Counted from the first letter of the whole stretch, positions 42,805-53,034 are shown. The stretch is DNA of 63,869 nucleotides, filler included, from an uncultured Acidimicrobiia bacterium (GCA_964347285.1; 3 parts of 3 records of this genome joined end to end with filler, not necessarily neighbours in it), one strand, 5' to 3'. Made by a program: numbers and translations. The notes: generated by a model not told the origin, from the letters alone.

Positions 42805-44283
42805 TCACTCGGTCCAGGCGAGTGTCCGCTCCACGGCCTGGTGCCAGCGCCGGTAGAGCCGATCCCGCTCCGTCTCGGCCATACCAGGCTCCCAACGTCG
42901 GTCCTCGGCCCACAGTTCGGCCAGTTCGTCCCTGCTCGACCACACACCCACCGCCACTCCGGCGGCGAAAGCGGCCCCCAGGGCGGTCGTTTCGGTGACG
43001 GCCGGCCGAATGACCGGGGCGCCGAGGATATCTGCCTGAAACTGCATCAGCAGCGGGTTGGCCACCATGCCTCCGTCGACTTTCAGCGACTCGATCCGCA
43101 CCCCGGAATCCGACTCCATGGCTTCCAGCACGTCCCGGGTCTGGTACGCGGTCGCCTCGAGCGTCGCCCGGGCCAGGTGACCCGCTCCGACATAACGGGT
43201 GAGGCCGACAATGGCGCCGCGGGCGTCCGACCGCCAGTAGGGAGCGAAGAGGCCCGAGAAAGCGGGGACGAAGTAGGCATCTCCATTGTCGGGCACCGAA
43301 GCCGCCAGCTCCTCGATATCAGAGGCCTTCTCGATGAGGCCGAGGTTGTCCCGCAGCCACTGCACCGCTGCCCCGGCGATGGCCACCGACCCTTCGAGCG
43401 CATAGGCCGCCGGTTCCTCGCCGAATCGGTAGGCCACCGTGGTAAGCAGGCCGTGTTGAGAAGGGACTGCGTCGGTTCCGGTGTGGAGAAGGAGGAAACA
43501 GCCGGTGCCGTAGGTGTTCTTGGCCTCCCCGGCCTCGAAACAAGCCTGTCCGACGAGGGCCGCCTGCTGGTCCCCGAGGATGCCGGCCAGTGGGACGCCG
43601 GCCAGCGGGCCGCTCGCCTCCGCATAGACCTGGGACGAAGGGACGATCTCCGGAAGCATGTGCGCCGGCACCCCGAAGGCGTCGAGGATCCGAGGATCCC
43701 ACTGCAGCGTTTCCAGATTCATCAGCATCGTTCGTGAGGCATTGGTCACATCGGTGAGGTGGCGGCCGGTGAGTCGCCACGCCAGCCAGCTGTCGATCGT
43801 GCCAAACAGGGCCTCGCCGTCGGCGGCCCGCTCGCCCAGCCCGTCGACCTGCTCGAGCAGCCACCTGAGCTTGGGGCCGGAGAAGTAGGTGGCCAGGGGC
43901 AATCCGGTCGCCTCTCGGAACCGGTCGGCACCCTCGCTTCCTGCCAACGCGCGGCACAGGTCGTCGGTACGGGTGTCCTGCCAAACAATGGCCGGATGCA
44001 GCGGGGTCCCTGCTCGATCCCACACCACCGTCGTCTCCCGCTGGTTGGTAATGCCCACCGCGGCCAGGTCCCCCAATTCGATTCCCGCCGTCTCGAGCGC
44101 CCCGGCGATGACCTCCTTGGCTCGGGTCCAGATCTCGTCGGGATCGTGCTCTACCCACCCGGGTCGCGGGTAGATCTGGGAATGCTCCCGCTGGTCGAGG
44201 CCAACGATCGCTCCTCTCCGGTCGACGATCACGAACCTCGTGCTGGTGGTGCCCTGGTCGAGAGCGCCGACGTACTCGTTCAC
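42805..44283 (-). CDS. glpK: Glycerol kinase
   Basis: [30 protein letters not shown]. Confidence 0.97.
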   Translation of the reverse strand: MNEYVGALDQGTTSTRFVIVDRRGAIVGLDQREHSQIYPRPGWVEHDPDEIWTRAKEVIAGALETAGIELGDLAAVGITNQRETTVVWDRAGTPLHPAIVWQDTRTDDLCRALAGSEGADRFREATGLPLATYFSGPKLRWLLEQVDGLGERAADGEALFGTIDSWLAWRLTGRHLTDVTNASRTMLMNLETLQWDPRILDAFGVPAHMLPEIVPSSQVYAEASGPLAGVPLAGILGDQQAALVGQACFEAGEAKNTYGTGCFLLLHTGTDAVPSQHGLLTTVAYRFGEEPAAYALEGSVAIAGAAVQWLRDNLGLIEKASDIEELAASVPDNGDAYFVPAFSGLFAPYWRSDARGAIVGLTRYVGAGHLARATLEATAYQTRDVLEAMESDSGVRIESLKVDGGMVANPLLMQFQADILGAPVIRPAVTETTALGAAFAAGVAVGVWSSRDELAELWAEDRRWEPGMAETERDRLYRRWHQAVERTLAWTE

Positions 44284-44858
44284 GACCGACCCATCTCCCC
44301 CGCTTGCTGACGGGCCTCCTCCGGTCCCTTTTCCACGAAGATCTCCAAGGCGTCTGCCGCTTCACTCACCATGACATCCACCAGAGGACGCTCGCGAACG
44401 GTGAACCTTCGCAACACGTAATCGGCCGGATCCTGGCTGCCCGGCGGACGTCCCACCCCCAGCTTCAGGCGCCAGAACCCGGACGATCCGAGCGAACCGA
44501 TGACCGAATCGACGCCGTTGTGGCCGCCCGACCCCCGGCCGAACTGGACCCGCAACTTGCCGAACGGCAGATCGATGTCGTCGTGAAGGATCAGCAGCTC
44601 GGACAGCTTCACTCCGAAGTAGCGCAGCAGCGGACTCACCGCCTGGCCCGAGATGTTCATCCCGGTAGTGGGAAGCGCCAGGACCGCACCCTCCGCTCCG
44701 GTTCCGAACCGGGCCACCAGGGCCCGGGTACCGCGCCGGGCCCGTCGGAAGCGGAGTCCGTGACGGCCGGCCAGCGTCTGGATCGGCTCGGCCCCGACGT
44801 TGTGCCGGGTGCCGTCGAATTCCGGTTCGGGGTTGCGCAGCCCAACCAGGAGATACAG
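44280..44858 (-). CDS. pth: Peptidyl-tRNA hydrolase
   Basis: YLLVGLRNP...TRHNVG, MNISG, HDDID, GGHNG. Proposed CTG start at 44858. Confidence 0.92.
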   Translation of the reverse strand: MYLLVGLRNPEPEFDGTRHNVGAEPIQTLAGRHGLRFRRARRGTRALVARFGTGAEGAVLALPTTGMNISGQAVSPLLRYFGVKLSELLILHDDIDLPFGKLRVQFGRGSGGHNGVDSVIGSLGSSGFWRLKLGVGRPPGSQDPADYVLRRFTVRERPLVDVMVSEAADALEIFVEKGPEEARQQAGEMGRS

Positions 44859-44867
44859 GGCGGACCC

Positions 44868-45554
44868 CTACTCCCCTTCCTCGGCACCGCCTTCGGCGGG
44901 CTCCTCCCCTTCGACTTCTTCGGCGCCCTCTTCGGGTTTCTCGCCCTCGACGAGTTCGGCCTCCTCCTCGGGAACCTCTTCGACCACCTCGACCTCGATC
45001 CGCGGCGCAACCACCGTGTAGAGGGTCGTCTCCGGGTCGTCGATGATGTCGACCCCCTCGATGGGGGCCAGGTCGCCGACGCTGAGTGAGTCGCCGATGC
45101 CGAGAGCGCTGATATCGACGGTCACCGAGGGCGGGATTTCGGTGGGTAGCGCTTCGATCGTCACGAAGTTGCGGACGGTTTCGAGCACGCCCCCGCTCTC
45201 CCTGACGCCGTAAGGCGTGCCGATGGGCTCGAGGACCACCTCGGCCTCGATCTTCTCAGTGAGAGAGATCTTGACGAAGTCGAGATGGATGATGTCGTTG
45301 CGCACCGGATGGCGCTGGACCTCGCGGGCAACGGTGAGGTAGTCGTCGCCGTCGACCTTCAAGTCGATGACGACGTTGAGGCCGGCGTCGGTATGCAGGG
45401 CCCCGTAGAGCTGTCGGGCGTCCACCGACACCGAGACGGCCTCGGCGCCCCGGCCGTACAGCGTGGCGGGCACGCGGCCCTGCCGTCGCAACCGCCGTGC
45501 CGGGCGGCTGCCCCGTTCTGAGCGCTTCTCGGCGGACAGCGTCACCTGTTCCAT
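44868..45554 (-). CDS. rplY: 50S ribosomal protein bL25/Ctc
   Basis: RRLRRQGRVPATLYG, QRHPV...HLDF, acidic tail. Confidence 0.95.
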   Translation of the reverse strand: MEQVTLSAEKRSERGSRPARRLRRQGRVPATLYGRGAEAVSVSVDARQLYGALHTDAGLNVVIDLKVDGDDYLTVAREVQRHPVRNDIIHLDFVKISLTEKIEAEVVLEPIGTPYGVRESGGVLETVRNFVTIEALPTEIPPSVTVDISALGIGDSLSVGDLAPIEGVDIIDDPETTLYTVVAPRIEVEVVEEVPEEEAELVEGEKPEEGAEEVEGEEPAEGGAEEGE

Positions 45555-45619
45555 GGATGAGACTCCCGAATGCCTGGAGGGCAATTATGCCGGGCCGAAA
45601 GGCCCGCGCCAACACGCCC

Positions 45620-46024
45620 TCAGGCCGGGATGAAGCTCAATCGCACTTTGCGGTCGGGGTTGTCGGCGTTCGGATCCACCACGACCAGCGACTGCCACGT
45701 GCCCAATGCCAGCCTGCCGCCGACGACCGGAATCGTCACCGAGGGGGCCACCAGGGCCGGGAGGACGTGATCGGCGCCGTGCCCGGGTGAGCCGTGACGG
45801 TGGCGCCACCGCTCGTCGCGAGGCAGCACCTCGTCGATGCGTTCCAGCAGATCGTCCTCGCTGCCCGCCCCGGTTTCCATCAGGGCCAGCCCAGCGGTGG
45901 CGTGCGGCAGGTACGCCGACAGCAGGCCGTCGCCCTTGCCATCCACGAAGTGGGCCGCCTCTGCGGTGATGTCGAAGACTCCCCGGCGAATCCCGGTGGT
46001 GAGGGTGATGATCTCGGTGTCCAT
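45620..46024 (-). CDS. YjbQ/UPF0047 family protein
   Basis: PHATAG, HGADH, LGTWQS. Confidence 0.88.
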   Translation of the reverse strand: MDTEIITLTTGIRRGVFDITAEAAHFVDGKGDGLLSAYLPHATAGLALMETGAGSEDDLLERIDEVLPRDERWRHRHGSPGHGADHVLPALVAPSVTIPVVGGRLALGTWQSLVVVDPNADNPDRKVRLSFIPA

Positions 46025-46073
46025 GGTTTCAGCGCCTCGATGACCGGCCCGGTCTTCGACCGGCCGGTACAGA

Positions 46074-47045
46074 TCAGACGTTCTCCCCCATGAAGATGTC
46101 ACTCACCGACTCGTCGGTGAAGATGGCCCGCAATGCGTCGGCGATCAACGGAGCCGAGGAGAGCACGGTCAGCTTGTCGAGATCCCGGGCATCATCGGGA
46201 AGCGGCAACGTGTCGGTCACCACCACCTGTTCGATGGGAGCGTTCTTGATGCGGTCGACGGCCGGCGGCGAGAAGACGCCGTGGGTGGCCAGCGCCGTCA
46301 CCGAGACTGCGCCCCGCTTCTGAAGGAGCTCGGCGGCGGAGACGATGGTGGCGGCGGTGTCGATGATGTCGTCGAGGATGATGGCATGGCGGTCCTTCAC
46401 GTCGCCCACAACCCGCAAGGCGGCGGCGATGTTGTGCTCCTCGAGCGGCCGACGCTTGTGAACGAACGCCACTCGGGCGTCGAGGTGCCGGGCGTACTTC
46501 TCGGCCAGCTTCACCCGACCCGAGTCCGGCGAGACCACGGTCATCGGTCCGTCGATCATCGAGGTCATGTGATCGATGAACAGCGGGAGGGCGGTGAGGC
46601 TGTCAAACGGCTTGTCGATGAAACCCTGGATCTGCCCGCTGTGCAGATCGAGGGAGACGATGCGATCGGCGCCGACCGCCACGAACAAGTCGCTGATCAT
46701 GCGGGCGCTGATCGGCTCCCGAGGCAGCACCTTCTTGTCCTGGCGGGCGTACCCGAAGTAGGGCACCACCGCCGTGATTCGCAGGGCCGATGCCCGACGC
46801 AGCGCATCGATCATCAGCAGCTGCTCCATGATGTGGTGATTGATCGGGGGGGCGTGGGTCTGGAGCACGAAACAGTGGGCGCCGCGGACGCTCTCGGTGA
46901 AGCGAACGTAGATCTCACCGTTGGCAAACACCGAGCGCTCGACGCCACCCAGGGGCACATCGAGGATGTGGGCGACGTCCCGTGCCAGCTGAGGGTTGGC
47001 AGAGCCCGTGAAGAGCATCATTCGCTTCTCGCCGGTCACCTTCAC
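46074..47045 (-). CDS. prs: Ribose-phosphate pyrophosphokinase
   Basis: FANGEI, PYFGYARQD, DLHSGQIQGF, DDIIDT. Confidence 0.96.
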   Translation of the reverse strand: MKVTGEKRMMLFTGSANPQLARDVAHILDVPLGGVERSVFANGEIYVRFTESVRGAHCFVLQTHAPPINHHIMEQLLMIDALRRASALRITAVVPYFGYARQDKKVLPREPISARMISDLFVAVGADRIVSLDLHSGQIQGFIDKPFDSLTALPLFIDHMTSMIDGPMTVVSPDSGRVKLAEKYARHLDARVAFVHKRRPLEEHNIAAALRVVGDVKDRHAIILDDIIDTAATIVSAAELLQKRGAVSVTALATHGVFSPPAVDRIKNAPIEQVVVTDTLPLPDDARDLDKLTVLSSAPLIADALRAIFTDESVSDIFMGENV

Positions 47046-48433
47046 GAATCGTTCCGCCTCTTGTGCGCTCGACGCTTCCTTCTGGCAGCGTAGTCCGGGA
47101 CCTCTCGCTGCTGCGAACGCTCGATGGCCAGTGATCCGGGCGGCACGTCCCCGGTGATAGTCGAGCCCGCTCCGGTATACGCGTCGTCCCCGACCTCCAC
47201 CGGCGCCACCAACATCGTGTCGGATCCTATGAAAGCCCGGTCGCCGATCGTCGTCGGATGCTTGTCCACGCCATCCCAGTTGCACGTGATCGACCCGGCA
47301 CCGATATTGGCGTCCTCGCCGATCGTGGCGTCGCCCATATAGGAGAGATGGGGCACTTTGCTGCGCGCCCCGACCTGGGTGTTCTTCATCTCCACGAACG
47401 TCCCCGCCTTCGACTCGGCAGCGAGCACTGTGCCCGGGCGCAGGTAGGCGAAAGGGCCCACGTTGCAGCGGGCTCCCACCTCGGCACTATCGAGGACCGC
47501 ATAGCGGACCCGGGCCTCCTCACCGATTCGGGAATCGCGGACGTGGGCCTCGGGCCCCACCTCGGCACCGGCGGCCACCGCCGAAGAGCCCTCGATGTGG
47601 ACACCGGGATAGATGCGGGCTCCAGCCGAAAGCGATGCGTCGGCGTCGATGTACACCCGACCGGGATCGAGCATCCACACTCCCTCGGACATCCAGCGCC
47701 GGTTGATCCGATCACGCATCAGTGCTGCGGCGTCTGCCAGCTGGTCGTAGGAATTGACACCGACCACCTCCTCGGCCGAAGCCGACACCGCAGCCAGCGG
47801 CGCCCGGCTGCCGGCCAGCACGGCCACTACGTCGGGCAGGTAATACTCGCCCTTGGCGTTGTCGGTGCCTACCCGTTCCAGAGCTCGGGCCAAGGGCCCG
47901 GCGGCAAAGGCGTATATCCCGGTAGCCACCTCATCGACGGCCAGCTCCTCGGGCCCGGCATCGGCGTGCTCGACGACGGCGACCACGCCGCCCTGGGGAC
48001 CGCGCATCACCCGTCCGTACCCGGTCGGGTCATCGATCCGGGCCGTCAAAAGGGTGGCCGGAGCGGCGGATCGACCGTGCTCGGCCACCAGAGCAGATAG
48101 CCTTTCGCCGCCGAGCAGAGGGGTGTCGCCGGGGACGACCAGGATCACCTCGTCCTCCGCCGGACTCAGCTCGGCCAAACCCACCGAGACGGCGTGGCCG
48201 GTGCCCAGCTGTTCGGCCTGCAAGGCCACGACCACTCCTTCCGGCACGACGCCGGAAACCGCCTCGGCCTCGTGGCCGACGACAACACAGGTCCGATCGG
48301 GCCCGACCTCGGCGACCGCGTCGAGGATCCACGACAACATCGTCCTTCCGGCGATCTGGTGCAGCACCTTCGGCTGGCCGGACTTCATCCTGGTGCCCTG
48401 CCCGGCCGCCAGGACGATTGCACTCAGGCCCAT
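47042..48433 (-). CDS. glmU: Bifunctional GlmU
   Basis: LAAGQGTRMKS, QLGTGHAV, hexapeptide repeats, PHLSYMGDA. Confidence 0.96.
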   Translation of the reverse strand: MGLSAIVLAAGQGTRMKSGQPKVLHQIAGRTMLSWILDAVAEVGPDRTCVVVGHEAEAVSGVVPEGVVVALQAEQLGTGHAVSVGLAELSPAEDEVILVVPGDTPLLGGERLSALVAEHGRSAAPATLLTARIDDPTGYGRVMRGPQGGVVAVVEHADAGPEELAVDEVATGIYAFAAGPLARALERVGTDNAKGEYYLPDVVAVLAGSRAPLAAVSASAEEVVGVNSYDQLADAAALMRDRINRRWMSEGVWMLDPGRVYIDADASLSAGARIYPGVHIEGSSAVAAGAEVGPEAHVRDSRIGEEARVRYAVLDSAEVGARCNVGPFAYLRPGTVLAAESKAGTFVEMKNTQVGARSKVPHLSYMGDATIGEDANIGAGSITCNWDGVDKHPTTIGDRAFIGSDTMLVAPVEVGDDAYTGAGSTITGDVPPGSLAIERSQQREVPDYAARRKRRAHKRRNDS

Positions 48434-48453
48434 ACCGGCTCCTCGATCTCGCG

Positions 48454-48525
48454 CTGGGGGGACAGGACTCGAACCTGTACTAATGGGACCAAAACCCATC
48501 GTGCTGCCACTTACACCACCCCCCA
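48454..48525 (-). tRNA. tRNA-Gln (TTG)
   Basis: TGGGGGG/CCCCCCA acceptor stem, ATGGG-TTTTGGT-CCCAT anticodon arm, GGTTCGAGTCC T arm; CCA not encoded. Confidence 0.95.
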
Positions 48526-49389
48526 CTACCCGGCTCCGTTGAGTGTACCGTCGGCCACCTGCCAGCCCCGCGGGACCGGGGACACCGCCTGGGCGGCCCG
48601 GGCCCCGGCCGGGAGGTCGCGCAGCGCCTCGGCGGCCTCTTCCACATCGAGAAAGTAGCCGAAGAGGGCCGGCCCGCTTCCCGACAGCGACGCCGGGCGC
48701 TCCCAACGGGCCGACAACTCGGCACGCCACTCGTCGAGGGCGGGCCGGAGGGCCACCGCGGCAGGATACAGGTCGTTGCCCAGCGGGTGATACTCGCGCA
48801 GCCCCGGAGGCAGAGCGGTTGCCGGCAGCGACGGAGCCTCGGGCTCGTCGAGCCGATCCCAGGAGGCGTAGACATCGGATGTCGACAGCTCAAAGGGCGG
48901 GACCACGATGGCCAAAGCGAAGCCGGTTATCGATTCCCGAGAGGACACCCGTTCCCCGTAACCGGTCACGACGGCCAGGCCGCCTGTGAAACAGAAAGGA
49001 ACGTCGGCTCCCAGCCGGGGGGCCAGGTCGCCCATCTCCTCCAGCGGAAGCCCGAAGAGTTCGGCCGCCAGGCCGAGGGCGGCAGCGGCGTCGGCGCTCC
49101 CGCCGGCCAGACCGGAGGCAATGGGAAGGCGCTTGGTCAGACCCAGGGCGACGGCCCGGTCGGTGCCGGCCGCATCGCGCGCCATCTCCACGGCCATCCA
49201 AGCCAGGTTGGTGACGTCGTCGGGGACAGCCCCGGGAGCGTCGAAGTGGTCCTCGGAGGCCGCTTCGAGCTCCAGGACGTCACTCCATCCCACCGACTGG
49301 TTGAGGCCGGTGATCGGGTGATAGCCGGTTGGATCCGGGGAATGGACGCGGAGGCCCAGGTTGACCTTGGCGTAAGCCTCAGCCCGCAT
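48526..49389 (-). CDS. ispE: 4-diphosphocytidyl-2-C-methyl-D-erythritol kinase
   Basis: AKVNLGL, PIASGLAGGSADAAA, LGADVPF, LSGSGP. Confidence 0.94.
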   Translation of the reverse strand: MRAEAYAKVNLGLRVHSPDPTGYHPITGLNQSVGWSDVLELEAASEDHFDAPGAVPDDVTNLAWMAVEMARDAAGTDRAVALGLTKRLPIASGLAGGSADAAAALGLAAELFGLPLEEMGDLAPRLGADVPFCFTGGLAVVTGYGERVSSRESITGFALAIVVPPFELSTSDVYASWDRLDEPEAPSLPATALPPGLREYHPLGNDLYPAAVALRPALDEWRAELSARWERPASLSGSGPALFGYFLDVEEAAEALRDLPAGARAAQAVSPVPRGWQVADGTLNGAG

Positions 49390-50197
49390 GATCGGCCAGC
49401 CGTAGGAAGTCCTCCGGGGAAAGGGCCTCGGGTCGGGCCTGCGGATCGATGCCGGCCCGCCGGCAACGGGCCTCGGCGTCGCCGAGGGCGTCGGCCAGCG
49501 ACCGGCGGAGCATCTTCCGGCGCTGTGAGAACGCAGCGGCGGCCAGGCGGGCCGCGTCCTCCCGGCGCCGGTCGGGTGAGAACATGCGCCTCAGCACCAC
49601 GATGGCCGATTCCACCCGGGGAGGTGGGTAGAAGACGGACGGCGCCACCCGGAAACCCATCTGTACCGCGCAGTAGAGGCGCACCACGACACTCGGCAGC
49701 CCGTAATCCCGGGAGCCCGGTCCGGCGGCCAGCCGCTCGGCGACCTCCTGCTGGACCATGACCACGAAGCGCTCGATCTGGGAAGCCTGTCGGACCAGAT
49801 CGAGTAGGAGCGTCGTTCCCACCTGATAAGGAAGATTGGCCACCATCACCCACGGCCCGGGGCCGAGCGTGCCGGCCAGATCGACCGAAGCTGCATCGGC
49901 AAACCGCAACTCGACGTCCATCCCCCCGACGACCTCCTCGAGCACCGGCCTGAGCCGGTCGTCGACCTCGTAGGCAACGACTCGGGCCCCGGTCTCTGCC
50001 AAAGCGCGGGTGAGCGTGCCGGTTCCGGCCCCGACCTCGAGCACTTGATCCCCGGGCCCCACCGCCGCCAGCTCGACGATCTTGCGGACGATGTTGGGAT
50101 CGGCGAGGAAGTGCTGGCCGAGCGCCTTACGGGGACGCAGACCGTGCCGCTCCAGGAGACTGCTGATCTCCGCCCTCCCCTGCGGCCCCTCAGCCAC
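49379..50197 (-). CDS. rsmA: 16S rRNA dimethyladenosine transferase
   Basis: KALGQHFL, LEVGAGTG, VANLPY, QRRKMLR. GTG start at 50197. Confidence 0.95.
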   Translation of the reverse strand: MAEGPQGRAEISSLLERHGLRPRKALGQHFLADPNIVRKIVELAAVGPGDQVLEVGAGTGTLTRALAETGARVVAYEVDDRLRPVLEEVVGGMDVELRFADAASVDLAGTLGPGPWVMVANLPYQVGTTLLLDLVRQASQIERFVVMVQQEVAERLAAGPGSRDYGLPSVVVRLYCAVQMGFRVAPSVFYPPPRVESAIVVLRRMFSPDRRREDAARLAAAAFSQRRKMLRRSLADALGDAEARCRRAGIDPQARPEALSPEDFLRLADHAG

Positions 50198-50966
50198 CGA
50201 ACACCGCCGCGGCGGTAGCGCTGGTGCGGACGGCCACCTCAGCGGGATCCTCTCCCCACACCTCGGCCAGAGCGGCCCCCACCACCGGGACGTTGGCCGG
50301 CTCGTTCTCACGCTCGCGGTGGGGCGGAGGGGTGAGGTAGGGCGTGTCCGTTTCCACCATCGTGCGGTCCGGCGGGGCCGCCGCCGCCCCTCGCCTGACC
50401 GTGTCCCCGGTCGGAAACGTGATCGGGCCGGCAAAGGAGAACCGCGCCCCCATCTCGGCGAACCGCTGGGTCCAGCGGGGACCTCCGGTCCAGCAATGCA
50501 GCACAGCCAGCCGGCCCGTAGCGGTGTCCTCGAGGGCCGCGTGGACCTCGGCGAAGGCGTCCCGGCAGTGGACCACGATCGGTTTGTCGAGCTCGGCGGC
50601 CAGTGCCAGCTGGTCGCGAAATGCCTCCTCCTGGGCGGCCCGGGGAGCCAGGTCGCGGTAGAAGTCCAGGCCGCACTCCCCGAGCGCGGCCGCCCGGTGG
50701 GCGAGGGCCGCAATGCGGTCACGCTCGCTGCTCCAACGGGCCGAATAATGCGGGTGGAGGCCGGCGGTGAACACCACCTGCCCGGGGTGGCGGTCGGCCA
50801 GCCGGGCCGACTGCTCGGAGCTGGCGCCATCGACGCCGGGGCACACTACCCACTCCACCCCGGCGGCCCGAGCCCGGGCCAGGAGGTCGCCGGGCTCTCG
50901 AGCCGAACCGTAGAGATGACAGTGGGCGTCGACCCAGAATGGCCCGGAACCATCTCCGGCGGCTAC
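50190..50966 (-). CDS. tatD: TatD family DNase (start codon uncertain)
   Basis: DAHCHL, GLHPH, GECGLD, HCRDA, ETDTPY. Confidence 0.9.
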   Translation of the reverse strand, partial: VAAGDGSGPFWVDAHCHLYGSAREPGDLLARARAAGVEWVVCPGVDGASSEQSARLADRHPGQVVFTAGLHPHYSARWSSERDRIAALAHRAAALGECGLDFYRDLAPRAAQEEAFRDQLALAAELDKPIVVHCRDAFAEVHAALEDTATGRLAVLHCWTGGPRWTQRFAEMGARFSFAGPITFPTGDTVRRGAAAAPPDRTMVETDTPYLTPPPHRERENEPANVPVVGAALAEVWGEDPAEVAVRTSATAAAVFGG

Positions 50967-52606
50967 GACTCCACCTCGACTTTGGAGAACAGCGGGGCCG
51001 GGGGGCCGAGCCTGGTCCCGGCCGGCAACTCGGGGCGCTTCCACCCCATGGAGGTGACATCCCCCTCCAGTCCCAACCGTCGATGGAGGTCGGACGCCGT
51101 GAAGGGGAGGTAGGGCGCCAGAGCGACATTGATACCGGCCACCGCGTTGGCGGCCACGTACAGGGTGGCCGCGGTGCGGGACTCGTCTCGGGCAGCCGTC
51201 TTCCACGGTTCGGTGGCGTTCAGATAGGCATTCACCTCGCCGGCGGCCCGCATTCCACTGGCCAGCCCCGCCTTGAGCTCGACCGCCTCGATGTGCCGGC
51301 CGGCTGCGCCGATGTCCTCGTCGATGGCCGCCAGCAGCCGGCGGTCTCGGTCGTCGAGAGGGCCGGGGGCCGGCACGGTCCCGGAGAAGTAGCGATGAAT
51401 CATCGACACCACCCGGTGGGCCAGGTTCCCCCAGGTGGCCACCAGCTCGTCGTTGATACGGCGCAGCATCTGGTCCTCGGTCAGGTCGGTGTCCTGCTGT
51501 TCGGGCAACGTGGCCGCCAGCGCGTAGCGCAGGGCGTCGGGCTCGAAGCGCTCGAGGGCCCCGCCGATCGTCAGCCCGATGCCCCTGCTGGCAGAAGCCT
51601 TGCCACCCTTGAACGTCACGTACTGGTTGGCGGGAACGTCGGTGGGCAGGTTGAGGCCCCCGTATCCCATCAGCATCGCCGGCCAGATGATGGTGTGGAA
51701 GGGGATGTTGTCCTTGCCGATGAAGTAGTAGCTCTCCGCCTCCGGGTCCTCCCACCACTCCCGCCAGGCCTCGGGGGTCCCTTGGAGCGACGCCCACTCC
51801 TTTGAGGCGGACAGGTAGCCGATCACGGCGTCGAACCAGACGTAGATCCTCTTGCCGGGCCCCAAGTCGTCCACGGGGATCTCGACCCCCCAATCGATGT
51901 CGCGGGTGATGGCCCGATCGCGCAGGCCTTCTTCGATCCAGCCAAGCGAGAAGTTGAGAACGTGCTTGCGCCAGCCCCGGCGAGTGTTGAGCCAGTCGGC
52001 GAGAGGGGTGCGGAATTCCGACAGGCGGATGTAGAAGTGCTCGGTCTCTCGCTGCTCCGGGGTGGCCTTGCTGATCGTCGAGCGAGGCTCGATCAGGTCG
52101 ATTGGGTCCAGGGTGCGGCCGCAGTTGTCGCACTGGTCCCCGCGGGCGTGGTCGTACCCGCAGTGGGGGCACGTCCCCTCCAGGTAGCGGTCGGGCAGAA
52201 AGCGCTGCGCCTCGGGATCGTAGAACTGCTTGGTGGCCCGCTTGTCGATGTATCCGGCCTCCAGCAGCTTGAGGAACATGTCCTGAGTGACCGCATGATG
52301 ATTGGGCGTACCGGTGGAGGTGTACAGGTCCCACGAAATCCCCAGCGCCTCCCACTGCGAGACGAACTCTCCATGAAAGCGGTCGACGATTTCCTGCGGA
52401 GAGACTCCCTCCTGATCGGCCCGAAAAGTGATCGGCGTTCCGTGCACGTCCGAACCGGACACCATCAAGACCCGGTTGCCGGCGGCGCGGTGATAACGGG
52501 CGAAGATATCGGCCGGCAGGTAGGCGCCGGCCAGATGTCCGATGTGGCGTGACCCGGAGGCGTAGGGCCAGGCCACGGCCACCAGGATCGAGCGGGGGGA
52601 GGTCAC
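50963..52606 (-). CDS. metG: Methionine-tRNA ligase
   Basis: WPYASGSRHIGH, zinc knuckles, YVWFDAVIGY, IGKDNIPFH, KASAS. Confidence 0.96.
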   Translation of the reverse strand: MTSPRSILVAVAWPYASGSRHIGHLAGAYLPADIFARYHRAAGNRVLMVSGSDVHGTPITFRADQEGVSPQEIVDRFHGEFVSQWEALGISWDLYTSTGTPNHHAVTQDMFLKLLEAGYIDKRATKQFYDPEAQRFLPDRYLEGTCPHCGYDHARGDQCDNCGRTLDPIDLIEPRSTISKATPEQRETEHFYIRLSEFRTPLADWLNTRRGWRKHVLNFSLGWIEEGLRDRAITRDIDWGVEIPVDDLGPGKRIYVWFDAVIGYLSASKEWASLQGTPEAWREWWEDPEAESYYFIGKDNIPFHTIIWPAMLMGYGGLNLPTDVPANQYVTFKGGKASASRGIGLTIGGALERFEPDALRYALAATLPEQQDTDLTEDQMLRRINDELVATWGNLAHRVVSMIHRYFSGTVPAPGPLDDRDRRLLAAIDEDIGAAGRHIEAVELKAGLASGMRAAGEVNAYLNATEPWKTAARDESRTAATLYVAANAVAGINVALAPYLPFTASDLHRRLGLEGDVTSMGWKRPELPAGTRLGPPAPLFSKVEVES

Positions 52607-52647
52607 GGCGGCGGGATGGTAGCACCGGGCCCGGGCTGCCCCGACCC

Positions 52648-52694
52648 GGCCTCCAGTTGGGAATTTCCACCGGGCCTCCCGTTGGAAATTTCCA
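52648..52694. promoter_or_regulatory. Two palindromic TGGNA/TNCCA boxes, candidate AbrB operator
   Basis: GGCCTCCAGTTGGGAATTTCCA and GGCCTCCCGTTGGAAATTTCCA, 25-bp period, between divergent metG and abrB. Confidence 0.5.
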
Positions 52695-52800
52695 GTTTCC
52701 GGGCGAAGGGGACAGGGCCTATGATGACCACGGGGAGGTCGGAGCTCTCCAGTCCGAGGGGAAGGGGGCGCTGACTGCCCACCGCAAACCAGGAGGTGGG

Positions 52801-53034
52801 ATGGATACCGGCATGACCCGCAAGATCGACGATCTGGGCCGGATTGTGATCCCCGCCGAGACCCGGCGACTGTTCAACATTCGCGAAGGCGATCCGCTCG
52901 CGATCTCGGTCGAGAGCGACGCGATCATCCTTCGCAAGCTCGAGGCGACGTGCACGTTCTGTGGTTCCACCAGGGACGTGAGCCCCTACCGGAGCAAAGG
53001 CGTCTGCCGCCGCTGCCGTAGGGACCTCCAGTAG
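52801..53034 (+). CDS. abrB: AbrB/SpoVT family regulator with C-terminal Cys4 ribbon
   Basis: TGMTRKIDDLGRIVIPAETRR, CTFCG...CRRC; GGAGGT ribosome-binding site. Confidence 0.88.
   Translation: MDTGMTRKIDDLGRIVIPAETRRLFNIREGDPLAISVESDAIILRKLEATCTFCGSTRDVSPYRSKGVCRRCRRDLQ

Noticed and set aside
50967..52670. 826-aa extended TatD and 562-aa extended YbeY ORFs as fusion proteins
   Set aside because: Extensions overlap metG or the HD gene in another frame and are low-complexity Arg/Pro/Gly text.
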